Source of the DNA: a phage
Sequence record: PZ386964.1
DNA length: 64,000 nucleotides
Strand: one strand, 5' to 3'
Position numbers and translations under genes: made by a program. This document shows, one piece after another, positions 9,820-18,237 of the stretch (its first letter is position 1; each line of letters begins with the position of its first letter). The notes under the pieces were generated by a model. The model was given only the letters and a program-made list of their open reading frames with translations. It made no database searches and was not told the origin of the DNA.

Positions 9820-10692
9820 CTATTTATTGAAATTAATATTATGGGTGTTAACAAGACGTTCACACATGGCGCTGTAAACACCATCATCGTGTATAGAGTC
9901 TTCGTGCTTCAGGCCGCTGATTGCAAAGCGTGTAAGCTTGACAATCTTAAGCTCGAACAGATGCCACATGTGGTAGTCTTCCGGCGTTTTCAACGTTACT
10001 CCATTAGGGAAAAGCACCTGCATAACCTGGCCAACCATCACGGCGTTATCGCCATAGACAGCGTTGCGCTCACGGAAGGTTGCTGCCATTGCATCAAGAA
10101 TATCGGCGGCAGTTGCCGGAGATTGTTCAACTTTCACAGCCTTAGTCTCTTCTTGCCCTGTTGCACTTGGATCAATTGCTAATTGTTGCACCACTTCACC
10201 TGCCTTGCAAAGATTAAATGTAAAAGCGATTTTATTTTGAGCAACGGAATTATAATACAATGCTTCATCTTGCATCCGCGCGAGTACGTCTTGTCGGTCG
10301 TCGAATACGTTGATGATTCGATAATCGCCGTGCCGCAATGCGTGCGATAGCCATGCAGATTTCATAATAGTTGATGGACGTTTGTCGCCATAGTCTCTCA
10401 TCTTGATTGTAAATTCATCAAAAGGAAAAACATTGTCCAGACGTTCAAAAGTCGCTTGTCTGTATTTTTCTGGCCTTGCAGTCCAATATTCAACCGCCTC
10501 ACCGCGAAGAGATGCCGACTCTACTGCTGATGCAATGTGAGGATAGAACTGATCATAACCAATACCGCTGTGATAGTCATCATAGTCTGACAACGGACCT
10601 GCCACCTTGATGCGGTCTAAGCGCCAACGGTCATCAAACAGCGTTCCGTCAAGGTCGAATACGTTTAAGATTTCGCTGTTTTTAATACTCAT
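9820..10692 (-). CDS. HAD-superfamily hydrolase/phosphatase fused to a C-terminal domain of unknown function
   Basis: 290 aa; N-terminal FDLDGTLFDD = HAD motif I (DxDGT); C-terminal 100 aa unrelated. ATGA overlap with ThyX-like gene. Confidence 0.55.
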   Translation of the reverse strand: MSIKNSEILNVFDLDGTLFDDRWRLDRIKVAGPLSDYDDYHSGIGYDQFYPHIASAVESASLRGEAVEYWTARPEKYRQATFERLDNVFPFDEFTIKMRDYGDKRPSTIMKSAWLSHALRHGDYRIINVFDDRQDVLARMQDEALYYNSVAQNKIAFTFNLCKAGEVVQQLAIDPSATGQEETKAVKVEQSPATAADILDAMAATFRERNAVYGDNAVMVGQVMQVLFPNGVTLKTPEDYHMWHLFELKIVKLTRFAISGLKHEDSIHDDGVYSAMCERLVNTHNINFNK

Positions 10693-11519
10693 CCTTTTGA
10701 TACTCCATCTTTAGCAACTGGATTGTTGGTGATTGGCATCGCACTCCAAAACTGGATGCGCAACTCTTCTTGCTGTGCCGTTGTATCCATCCAATCACGA
10801 TACCAAGGGCAATGGGCTTTGCCATGACGAGGAAACGCGCATTTACCCATACCGATGCATTGCGGCTGTAATAATGGATTTGCCCACGGGTGCACCTTGA
10901 GGACTTCCGCAACCATTGCGCGGAATACTTCTTGATACTCGCCTTGAGTGCGCGTGCACAAGCGGTTTGACGCCATCTGCTGCAGCGTGCGCAAGTTGAA
11001 CTTTGCCATGATATGCGTTTGCATATTAGAAGGCAACACGGCACGTGCATCTTGAATCTCTGCACCAGCCGCGCGAAGTTCTTGATACAAAGCATCGATA
11101 GTCGCCATCGCATCATCCCACTTCTCTGCTAAGTATTGCTTTTGAAGTAAAGATTGGTGCTCTTCATCAGTCCCAAATGCTTCACATTGATCAATCAACT
11201 CTGGATTTTGGTGTGAGAATGCCTTCGGACGAATCGCATCAAATGCAGACGACTCCTGAGCGCGGCTGGTGCGTTCTTGATATGCGCCTGTGCGTGTGCG
11301 TACCATCTGATGGGTCATGTTCTTTGATACAGCTGTGATATCAAAGATATAGTCCACAAAGTCAAAAGGAGACTTGATTGTATCAAGCATGTAGCGCCAA
11401 TGCTCTTGCTTCTCTGATTCCGTCATCTCAGAGACAGGCTTACCAGTCATGCGCGTGTTCTTTGTTTCCAGCAAAAGGTCAAGTGCATCTTGGGTGTATC
11501 GAATTAATTCAACTTTCAT
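10689..11519 (-). CDS. thyX: flavin-dependent thymidylate synthase (ThyX)-like protein, divergent
   Basis: 276 aa; ThyX-like blocks FDFVDYIFDITAVS...HQMVRTRTGAYQERTSRAQ (RHR-x7-S region, here RTR) and ARAVLPSNMQTH...NLRTL...RTQGEYQEV; extra Cys/His-rich C-terminal tail. Confidence 0.6.
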   Translation of the reverse strand: MKVELIRYTQDALDLLLETKNTRMTGKPVSEMTESEKQEHWRYMLDTIKSPFDFVDYIFDITAVSKNMTHQMVRTRTGAYQERTSRAQESSAFDAIRPKAFSHQNPELIDQCEAFGTDEEHQSLLQKQYLAEKWDDAMATIDALYQELRAAGAEIQDARAVLPSNMQTHIMAKFNLRTLQQMASNRLCTRTQGEYQEVFRAMVAEVLKVHPWANPLLQPQCIGMGKCAFPRHGKAHCPWYRDWMDTTAQQEELRIQFWSAMPITNNPVAKDGVSKG

Positions 11520-11532
11520 TTTAATTGTCCTA

Positions 11533-11979
11533 TTAACGGTAATTCACTAGTTGCTGATCACCAGAGAAGGTGCAATGATAAACGAATTGTGCGTTATAAA
11601 GCAACTGAAAACTTTTCTTTGGTTCACTATTAGAACTCATTGATGTAAAGATTTCTGCACCAGAACGGTTTTCACCAATCAGATTGATAAAGCCGCCAGT
11701 TGAACGAGGCTGGACGAAAGTGAAACGTTGCATCCACGGAGTACGGTTGGCACCTTTCCCTGTGAATCCCTGAATCTGAATATTCAAACCTTCTTGCTCA
11801 TTCACACCGATGTAAGTGGTAATCTTCGCACCAGTCGTTGCTGCGGTCTTACCGTCCATCGCTTCGCAATCATAAACAGCGATTGAATCGGAAGTGCGGA
11901 TGGCAGCTTCAGTCGCTTCCATATACATGGTGCCGAGAATAGCAGTTGCGGCAAGCGTGATTCCAGTGATTCGTTTCAT
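11533..11979 (-). CDS. secreted/periplasmic hypothetical protein (signal peptide)
   Basis: 148 aa; N-terminal MKRITGITLAATAILGTMYMEA resembles a Sec signal peptide. Confidence 0.5.
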   Translation of the reverse strand: MKRITGITLAATAILGTMYMEATEAAIRTSDSIAVYDCEAMDGKTAATTGAKITTYIGVNEQEGLNIQIQGFTGKGANRTPWMQRFTFVQPRSTGGFINLIGENRSGAEIFTSMSSNSEPKKSFQLLYNAQFVYHCTFSGDQQLVNYR

Positions 11980-12044
11980 TTTCGTTTCCTCTATGAGTTC
12001 TGCTTCAATGATTAAAGTATACGCCCATTGAAGCAGAAAGCAAA

Positions 12045-13040
12045 TTATTTATTAGCAATATAAGCAAATTTTTGATAGTTATTTGCTTTGATGAGTTTTT
12101 CAACTTCAACAAGGTCATGAGCGACGTCATCAAGCAAAATGTTGCGCCAGGTAGCAAATCGACCGACACTAAACACGTTCAAATCCATGGTCAGCTGCAG
12201 GAGTAGGGCGTGTCGCAAGTCTTTCGGAATGTCGACAATCTTGCCATATTTCTGGTCGACCTTTTCAACTTCTTCAAGAGCGATGTCGCTCCATGAGAGG
12301 CCAAATGCCGTCAGCACTTCGTCAACTTCTGCGCGCAACTTGATGTCACGGTAACGAGTGATGCCGCCAGCGGCTTCAACTGCAGCTTCACTTACGCTGA
12401 CCAAAGGAATTGTTTCAATGATAAGCGTGTCACCAGTAATTGATGCGCGGTAAGTTCTGACGGAGTAGTCAGGGAAGTAAATTGTCTGATACAAATCACA
12501 CTTACGTTTAATCTTAAAGCGGTAAACGCGAATGTTTGCTTTATCAAATGAGAAATCAAGCTTTTGATCAATTCCAGCAAGCTTCATCATGACTGGCAGC
12601 GGCGACGTGTTGATGATTGGCGTCTCGCTATAGCCGCAAAGAGTATCAACCGGAGTATTAAAGAATATGCGGTCACCCAGTTTGTCGACAAGCTGATCAT
12701 AAAAGTCATCAGGTGCAATATAACGCGTTGCAGTTTTAAGCTTCATGATTGAACGACTGCCAAACTGATTGGTGACCTTCATGGAATACATATTGGCAAG
12801 GTTGATTGGGCAATGGTCGTGATAGTAGTTGCCGCGAAAATACACAGCCTTGTCAACTGTCACGGCCTTAAAGGGGATTCCGGTAATACGGCTTACTTCT
12901 TCGCCGCGAAAGCGTAGCAGCGCCTTGTGCTGTTGCGCTCGTTCCCCTGCTTCGTACACAATAGAGTTCGGGAAGTGACACGCGGTGATAAGTCCTGCCA
13001 GTCCGCCGCCGATAATCATTACAGGTTGTTTCATGTTCAT
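12045..13040 (-). CDS. FAD/NAD(P)-binding oxidoreductase
   Basis: 331 aa; N-terminal VMIIGGGLAGL dinucleotide-binding GxGxxG motif. Confidence 0.55.
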   Translation of the reverse strand: MNMKQPVMIIGGGLAGLITACHFPNSIVYEAGERAQQHKALLRFRGEEVSRITGIPFKAVTVDKAVYFRGNYYHDHCPINLANMYSMKVTNQFGSRSIMKLKTATRYIAPDDFYDQLVDKLGDRIFFNTPVDTLCGYSETPIINTSPLPVMMKLAGIDQKLDFSFDKANIRVYRFKIKRKCDLYQTIYFPDYSVRTYRASITGDTLIIETIPLVSVSEAAVEAAGGITRYRDIKLRAEVDEVLTAFGLSWSDIALEEVEKVDQKYGKIVDIPKDLRHALLLQLTMDLNVFSVGRFATWRNILLDDVAHDLVEVEKLIKANNYQKFAYIANK

Positions 13041-13064
13041 TTGTCCTTTGTGGGTGATATGAGA

Positions 13065-13093
13065 AGTATAATAGCTAAATTATTTTACAGCAA
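13065..13093 (-). promoter_or_regulatory. sigma70-like promoter (minus strand) for the oxidoreductase/ThyX operon
   Basis: Minus-strand TTGCTG -17- TATACT about 25 nt upstream of the ATG at 13040. Confidence 0.45.
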
Positions 13094-13117
13094 CAAGTCA
13101 TTTCTATTTAGTACAGA

Positions 13118-13147
13118 CGAAAAAAAGACCCACAACAAGTGTGGGTC
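13118..13147 (-). terminator. rho-independent terminator (minus strand)
   Basis: GACCCACA / TGTGGGTC 8-bp stem, 5-nt loop, followed on the minus strand by a U7 run; directly downstream of the Lys/Ala/Glu-rich gene. Confidence 0.7.
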
Positions 13148-13175
13148 AATTACCGCTATATAACCGTCCTACAGG

Positions 13176-14021
13176 TTATTCCGCTTGATCACCGTCTTCG
13201 GCATCGTCGTTGGATTCAACATCGACAAACTCGATGTGGCCCATCTCTTCCAGCTTGCTCAGGTAGGAGCGAACGGAAGCGCCAAACAGTTGATCTTTAA
13301 CTTTCTCTCCCAGCTCATCGATAGACTGCGCCACGCCAACTTCGCCTTCTTTGATCGCCGCCAGAACGCGCCCACGGGTGGAGTGCTCTTGCGGCTGGCT
13401 CAGGCCATTGCCAGTGTAGATGAAGTGAGTAGCTTTTGCACGACGCTGACCGTTTGCCTTTTTAGCAGCCTTGCGCTCTGCGATGGCTTTGCGACGTTCT
13501 TCAGCTTCTTTCTTACGCTGTTCTTTCTGCTGTTCTGCAGCTTCTTTCGCCGCAATCTTAGCAGCTTCACGCTCTGCCTTGCGTTTCGCTTTAGCTTCTT
13601 CTTTGGCCTTCTCTTTTTCGGCCTTCGCTGCAGCACGGGCCTGATCACGTTCGGCCTTTTTCGCCGCAGCTTGTTCAGCTTTCAGGCGCTTGGCTTCTTC
13701 TTTCGCCTTTGCCTTTTCAATTTCTTTAGCGGCTTTAGCGGCTTCACGCTCTGCCTTCTTAGCGGCAGCCTTTTCTGCACGCTCTTTAGCTTTCTTAGCT
13801 GCTTCTTCAGCACGCTTCTGAGCCTTCTCATCAGCAGCTTGCTTGCGTTTCAGCGCAGCTTCTTCACGCTTGGCTTGTTTTTCCTGCTCACGCTTCTGGC
13901 GTTTTTCTTCGGCTTCTTTCTTTTTAGCCAGGCGTTTTTCTTCAGCCACGCGACGACGTTCTGCTGCGGCTGCTTGTTTTTCTTCTTTAGATAATACTTT
14001 GATTGCTTCGGCCATATTCAC
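13176..14021 (-). CDS. Lys/Ala/Glu-rich charged low-complexity protein with globular acidic C-terminal domain
   Basis: 281 aa; about 180 aa of KxEEAxKK-type charged repeats then ...HFIYTGNGL...HIEFVDVESNDDAEDGDQAE. Confidence 0.5.
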   Translation of the reverse strand: MNMAEAIKVLSKEEKQAAAAERRRVAEEKRLAKKKEAEEKRQKREQEKQAKREEAALKRKQAADEKAQKRAEEAAKKAKERAEKAAAKKAEREAAKAAKEIEKAKAKEEAKRLKAEQAAAKKAERDQARAAAKAEKEKAKEEAKAKRKAEREAAKIAAKEAAEQQKEQRKKEAEERRKAIAERKAAKKANGQRRAKATHFIYTGNGLSQPQEHSTRGRVLAAIKEGEVGVAQSIDELGEKVKDQLFGASVRSYLSKLEEMGHIEFVDVESNDDAEDGDQAE

Positions 14022-14174
14022 AGTCCTTAAATAAATTAGTTTATTTTATATTCCCCGTTTGGGATAACTTAATTATGCCTTCAGTTGCCGCCAGTAGCAA
14101 CTAAAAACTATGGCGGCAATGCCACTTTAATTAAACTGATTTTCAGTTTTATTTTTCGTAAATTTACGTCAACA

Positions 14175-15359
14175 TTAACGCGCTTTCAAATCACGGTACA
14201 CGGTCAGATTCTTCTTAGCACGGGTGATAGCGGTGTACATCATCTTGGAGTACGGAACGCCGCGCAAGATTTCTTCCAGCACGCACACATTGTCCCACTC
14301 GCTGCCTTGCGATTTGTGCACCGTGATGACATAGCCATAGTCCATGCCTCCAACAGCGCGTTGCGCTTCTTTGCGCACTTCCTGATCAGTAGAGAAGGAA
14401 AGAGGATTGATCTTCACCTTTATATCTTTACCATCAGTTAATGAACGTAAGTTGACATACATTATTTCATTCGACTCATCTTCATCCCTTTCAAAGTCCG
14501 GCACTGGCTCATAGCTAATAACAATCCCTTGCTCGCCATTACAGAATCCTGGCCCGTGTTGGTTGAAGGTGCAAATAACCTTCTCACCGATTCCTGGCAT
14601 TGGCGTTATACGTCCGCTCACTTGCCGTAATAATGAATTCCATTTATCTTTGGTGCTATTATAGGAGCAAATAATTTGATCATCTTCGCCCATGAATTTC
14701 TTCAACGCAGTAACGCGCGGCGATTCTGCCAATACTTTGACGTCATCGTATTCACGCGGAGGAAGTCGGTTGCCTTGGCGCACGAAGAAGGAGGCACGGA
14801 TGATGTTGGACTCTTTCCCTTGCCGCATGATTTCTGTTAACAGAACGTCAACGGCATCTTCAGTAAAGTAGGCGGCGGCTTTTACCGGAGGGACTTGTCC
14901 AATGTCGCCTAATGCCAGCACAGGGATGCGGTGATCAAGAAGGCGCTCTGTGTCCCACTCGCCAACCATCGACGCTTCATCGAGTACAACAAGGTGCGGC
15001 CTTTCATCCAGCTTTGACTTTCTCGAAAAGATTGGCTCATTGTCGTCATTTACGCCGCGCACGTTATAGATGAACTGGTGAAGGGTCTTAGCGCCACGAC
15101 AGCCTTTTTGCTTTAATCGGCTTGCAGCCTTTCCGGTCGGCGCAATATAGATAGCGCCGTACTCACCGACACAGCGACGCACAATCTCGCGAGCAATAGA
15201 GGTTTTACCAGTCCCTGCATAGCCAGCAATGAAAAACACACGCTTCGTCGTTTTACCGTCCTGCAATCGCTTGTACCATGCAACGGCCTTCTCGATGGCA
15301 TTGATTTGTTGCGCGTTAAACTGAATCACTGGCTCATCATTAAATTCTGGAATGTTCAT
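14175..15359 (-). CDS. SF1 helicase, Dda/RecD-like
   Basis: 394 aa; Walker A GYAGTGKTS, Walker B VVLDEASMV, C-terminal VITVHKSQGSEWDNV motif. Confidence 0.7.
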   Translation of the reverse strand: MNIPEFNDEPVIQFNAQQINAIEKAVAWYKRLQDGKTTKRVFFIAGYAGTGKTSIAREIVRRCVGEYGAIYIAPTGKAASRLKQKGCRGAKTLHQFIYNVRGVNDDNEPIFSRKSKLDERPHLVVLDEASMVGEWDTERLLDHRIPVLALGDIGQVPPVKAAAYFTEDAVDVLLTEIMRQGKESNIIRASFFVRQGNRLPPREYDDVKVLAESPRVTALKKFMGEDDQIICSYNSTKDKWNSLLRQVSGRITPMPGIGEKVICTFNQHGPGFCNGEQGIVISYEPVPDFERDEDESNEIMYVNLRSLTDGKDIKVKINPLSFSTDQEVRKEAQRAVGGMDYGYVITVHKSQGSEWDNVCVLEEILRGVPYSKMMYTAITRAKKNLTVYRDLKAR

Positions 15360-15685
15360 TATAACTCCACTACGCTGTCAAGGTCCAGATATACTGGAAT
15401 AAAATGGCAATCTTCTTTTCGTTCAAACATCTCACCATCAACATGGCTGAAGAAAACAGTTGTGTTTGGTATCTTCCATCCTTTCTCGTCGCGCACTAAG
15501 TACGCCATGGATTCAACAGGGATGTACAGCGATACCGGATTTGCGGCAAAAATAAATTTGATTCTGTCTGGTTGACCCAGGAATCGCATGATTGTTAGGC
15601 TTGAATTCAATCTTGTATTAAGGAAGGACTCAACGATTCCGACGTGTGTTGCACGTTCGCGTTGCTTCGTCTCTTTTTCGTTCAT
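15359..15685 (-). CDS. hypothetical protein
   Basis: 108 aa ORF, first gene of the leftward operon; start/stop overlap with helicase gene. Confidence 0.45.
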   Translation of the reverse strand: MNEKETKQRERATHVGIVESFLNTRLNSSLTIMRFLGQPDRIKFIFAANPVSLYIPVESMAYLVRDEKGWKIPNTTVFFSHVDGEMFERKEDCHFIPVYLDLDSVVEL

Positions 15686-15788
15686 TTCAGGCGACCTTTG
15701 TTAGTGCGGAAATATTTTCTGATAGTATAATTGCAGATATAGTATAAAGCAAAGTAAATCGAAATTGTGAACTAAATGGTAAATATTG

Positions 15789-15816
15789 TTGACTTTGTAT
15801 CACTCAATATTATACT
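15789..15816 (+). promoter_or_regulatory. sigma70-like early promoter
   Basis: TTGACT -16- TATACT in the divergent intergenic region; downstream RBS GGAAAGAAAG then ATG at 15846. Confidence 0.55.
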
Positions 15817-15845
15817 GCAGGTATTGATCACCGAAGGAAAGAAAG

Positions 15846-16928
15846 ATGGCTAGTTTAAGAGAAGAAGCAAAAATAATCGAAGAGTTTTTAACAGAACTCC
15901 AAAGAGGCATTCCAGAAGATGAGCGCGTCATGACGGTGTTTGCGCCTGAAGCAACGGTACAGACTGACGAGCGCGGCAAGAAGATTAACAGCAGCTTCTG
16001 GCCTAAGCCTTGGAAGTTGGGAAAGCCGCTGATGCAACATCAGAACGGTTACGCCTGCATAAGTTCAATGCGTAAGTCTCCCAACCCAAAGACGGGTGAG
16101 ATGCGATACTGGCGTACAGAGTCGGCCTTTGGTCACGGCATGGCGATGATGGTCGACGACATCGGTCACGGTAAAGGGTCCAAAGGCGATTTAGATTTGG
16201 AATTCTTTTTTGAGCGACTGAAGCCGACTGTCATCGTCGAGACTTCACCGAACAACCACCAGCTTTGGTACTTCTTTAAAGAACCGATTGACCATCTTAT
16301 TCAGTTCAAAGCGTTCCTTGGGTCTTTCGTTAACATGGTACTCAAGAAGGGCGGCGACAACACGATTAAAGACGTAACGCGCGTGGGCCGTGTTCCTGGG
16401 TGCATCAACAACAAGCGTGTGACTCACGACGGCCCCTATAAATATGTCGATGAGAACGGCGACCCGTTCCGCTGCCGACTTGTCCATGCAGACTACTCAT
16501 TGCGCTACACCATCGAAGACATTTGTCAGGCATTTGGCTTTCACGTCGTCATGCCGCAAAAGCGTGAGATTCAAATTGACGTCGATGAATACAAGTATGA
16601 TGCTGTTTGGTATAAAATAGCCCAGCAGATTCTATCGCGCAGCAAAATGGGTGAAGGGTCTGATGGTGACGTCATCGAGAACATGTCAGGCAAGTGCCGC
16701 ATAATCTGTCCTTGGGGTGAAGAACACACCAACGGCGACCCGTATGGCGCTTACTTTCGCGGCCCTATTCCTGGTGCAGAACATGAGTTTGTGTTCGGTT
16801 GCGCCCACGACTGTCACCGGAAAGGGGAAGGCAAGAAAGGTTGGACTGCTTTTGTTGAAGCAATCGTCATGCCTTATATTGAGAATCAACTTGACATGAT
16901 AAATCGTCGTGCAGGTGGCATAAAATAG
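15846..16928 (+). CDS. primase-polymerase (prim-pol/AEP-like) replication protein with C-terminal Cys/His cluster
   Basis: 360 aa; MVDDIGHG acidic motif and VIVETSPNNHQLWYFF (S..G.HxW-type prim-pol motif); C-terminal CRIICPWGEEH...FGCAHDCH zinc-binding-like cluster. Confidence 0.45.
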   Translation: MASLREEAKIIEEFLTELQRGIPEDERVMTVFAPEATVQTDERGKKINSSFWPKPWKLGKPLMQHQNGYACISSMRKSPNPKTGEMRYWRTESAFGHGMAMMVDDIGHGKGSKGDLDLEFFFERLKPTVIVETSPNNHQLWYFFKEPIDHLIQFKAFLGSFVNMVLKKGGDNTIKDVTRVGRVPGCINNKRVTHDGPYKYVDENGDPFRCRLVHADYSLRYTIEDICQAFGFHVVMPQKREIQIDVDEYKYDAVWYKIAQQILSRSKMGEGSDGDVIENMSGKCRIICPWGEEHTNGDPYGAYFRGPIPGAEHEFVFGCAHDCHRKGEGKKGWTAFVEAIVMPYIENQLDMINRRAGGIK

Positions 16929-16929
16929 T

Positions 16930-16957
16930 TTGCTTTTATTTTCATAGCAACTATAAT
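16930..16957 (+). promoter_or_regulatory. sigma70-like promoter
   Basis: TTGCTT -16- TATAAT, followed by RBS GAGGTGA and ATG at 16987. Confidence 0.5.
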
Positions 16958-16986
16958 CATTTTATGAACTGAAGCAGAGGTGATTC

Positions 16987-17133
16987 ATGCAAAGCGAAGA
17001 ATTGAACATCGAGGTTGAATGTCTGTTAAAGTCGTTAGAACCTAAACCAGCAGAGCTTCCGACCCTTCAAGGAGTCATGGCTCACCATCAAGCGGCTGCG
17101 GCCCAACACTACTCTGAATTTGTTAAGGAATAA
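16987..17133 (+). CDS. small hypothetical protein (48 aa)
   Basis: Strong RBS GAGGTGA; hand translation MQSEELNIEVECLLKSLEPKPAELPTLQG... Confidence 0.4.
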   Translation: MQSEELNIEVECLLKSLEPKPAELPTLQGVMAHHQAAAAQHYSEFVKE

Positions 17134-17135
17134 AA

Positions 17136-17426
17136 ATGAACGAACCAAAAATGATGACCGTTGAAGAAGCACAAAATCTTCGTGTTGAAAACGAGCTTAA
17201 GCTTGTCAACCAGATTCTTCCTTTGTTTGCGGGCTACGCAGTGGAGGAAGTTGTTGGGGCAATCCTTAACGTATCCACGCATGTCGCTATGAATCTTCAG
17301 GCCGAACGATTCAATACGCTGCTGACTATTAAAAACCTTACGGTCAGTGCAACGTTCACCGTTGAGCCAGTCAATTTTGACGAAGCTTCAGCCGCGATTC
17401 AACAGCAAAGAGATCAAGAGGTGTAG
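17136..17426 (+). CDS. hypothetical protein
   Basis: 96 aa ORF, tight spacing with neighbours. Confidence 0.5.
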   Translation: MNEPKMMTVEEAQNLRVENELKLVNQILPLFAGYAVEEVVGAILNVSTHVAMNLQAERFNTLLTIKNLTVSATFTVEPVNFDEASAAIQQQRDQEV

Positions 17427-17427
17427 C

Positions 17428-17691
17428 ATGGGTGCTTTCCGTAACGAGTTCACCTGGAACGTTACCAGCAATCTCTCGACTTGTCCTAACTGTGCGAGCG
17501 ATGTTATCAAGGTGCGGCAGCATCGCAACGCGGAGGAAGGTGCCTGGGAAGATGGCGACCTTGTAGAGTGCCAGTGCTGCTCTCATGAAGGCGTTGTGGA
17601 GCTTTACGCTGGCGAAGGTTGCCCACCAGCAGAGCGCACAGCACGCGTTGAATGGGATGCAACAGACTCCATTGGTGATCCTCAACAGTAA
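17428..17691 (+). CDS. zinc-ribbon hypothetical protein
   Basis: Start at ATG 17428 with RBS AGAGGTG; CPNC...CQCC motif pair. Confidence 0.5.
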   Translation: MGAFRNEFTWNVTSNLSTCPNCASDVIKVRQHRNAEEGAWEDGDLVECQCCSHEGVVELYAGEGCPPAERTARVEWDATDSIGDPQQ

Positions 17692-17709
17692 ATTTAGGTA
17701 TAGATACTT

Positions 17710-17814
17710 ATGAAAGCCGTAAAGAAATACACATTAATCATTTCCCTTGTCATCATCCTGGGGCTATTATACATATTGGATATGACATATTATTTGGCAG
17801 GGGTGAGTGGATGA
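17710..17814 (+). CDS. small hydrophobic peptide (34 aa), putative membrane protein
   Basis: Hand translation MKAVKKYTLIISLVIILGLLYILDMTYYLAGVSG; ATGA overlap with next gene; weak RBS. Confidence 0.3.
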   Translation: MKAVKKYTLIISLVIILGLLYILDMTYYLAGVSG

Positions 17815-18101
17815 ATATTGTAATTCTTTATGGTGAAAATATCAGCGATGACGACATCGAAGTTGCCGTTGATGTTTACGGTATCGATGAGGTGAAACGT
17901 GTTGAAGAAATTAGTGGCGCAAATCTCAATGAGATTGTCAAAGAAGCTGGCTGTCCTTCGGAAGAGATTCTGGTGGTTACTAACGATGACCTGTCTTCTA
18001 TGGATCATTTGCGCCGCATCTTCACCGATTGCCAATACCTTCATGCTGTTCAATCAGTAAACAAATTGAGAAAGGCATACGCCAACCAATTTCCTTGTTG
18101 A
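17811..18101 (+). CDS. hypothetical protein
   Basis: 96 aa ORF followed by an intrinsic terminator. Confidence 0.5.
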   Translation: MNIVILYGENISDDDIEVAVDVYGIDEVKRVEEISGANLNEIVKEAGCPSEEILVVTNDDLSSMDHLRRIFTDCQYLHAVQSVNKLRKAYANQFPC

Positions 18102-18153
18102 TAGTTCACCAGTTATATTGCTTTAAATTGAGTTTTACTATATTAATATACAA

Positions 18154-18176
18154 CGCCAGAAATCTGGCGTTTATTT
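18154..18176 (+). terminator. rho-independent terminator
   Basis: CGCCAG-AAAT-CTGGCG hairpin followed by TTTATTT. Confidence 0.65.
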
Positions 18177-18237
18177 ACCGCACCCTGAAAGGATATATCC
18201 ATGCAACAATATAACAAAGCCGTATCAGGAGGATTAA

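Noticed and set aside
12001-12038. Inverted repeat CTGCTTCAATG...CATTGAAGCAG between the secreted-protein and oxidoreductase genes
   Set aside because: Good 11-bp stem but 15-nt loop and no U-run on the transcribed strand; possibly an RNA processing or stability element, not a confident terminator.
13185-14034. Plus-strand ORFs 13185-13994 and 13843-14034 antisense to the Lys/Ala/Glu-rich gene
   Set aside because: Leu/Phe/Ser-rich antisense translation of a low-complexity repeat gene; classic shadow ORFs.
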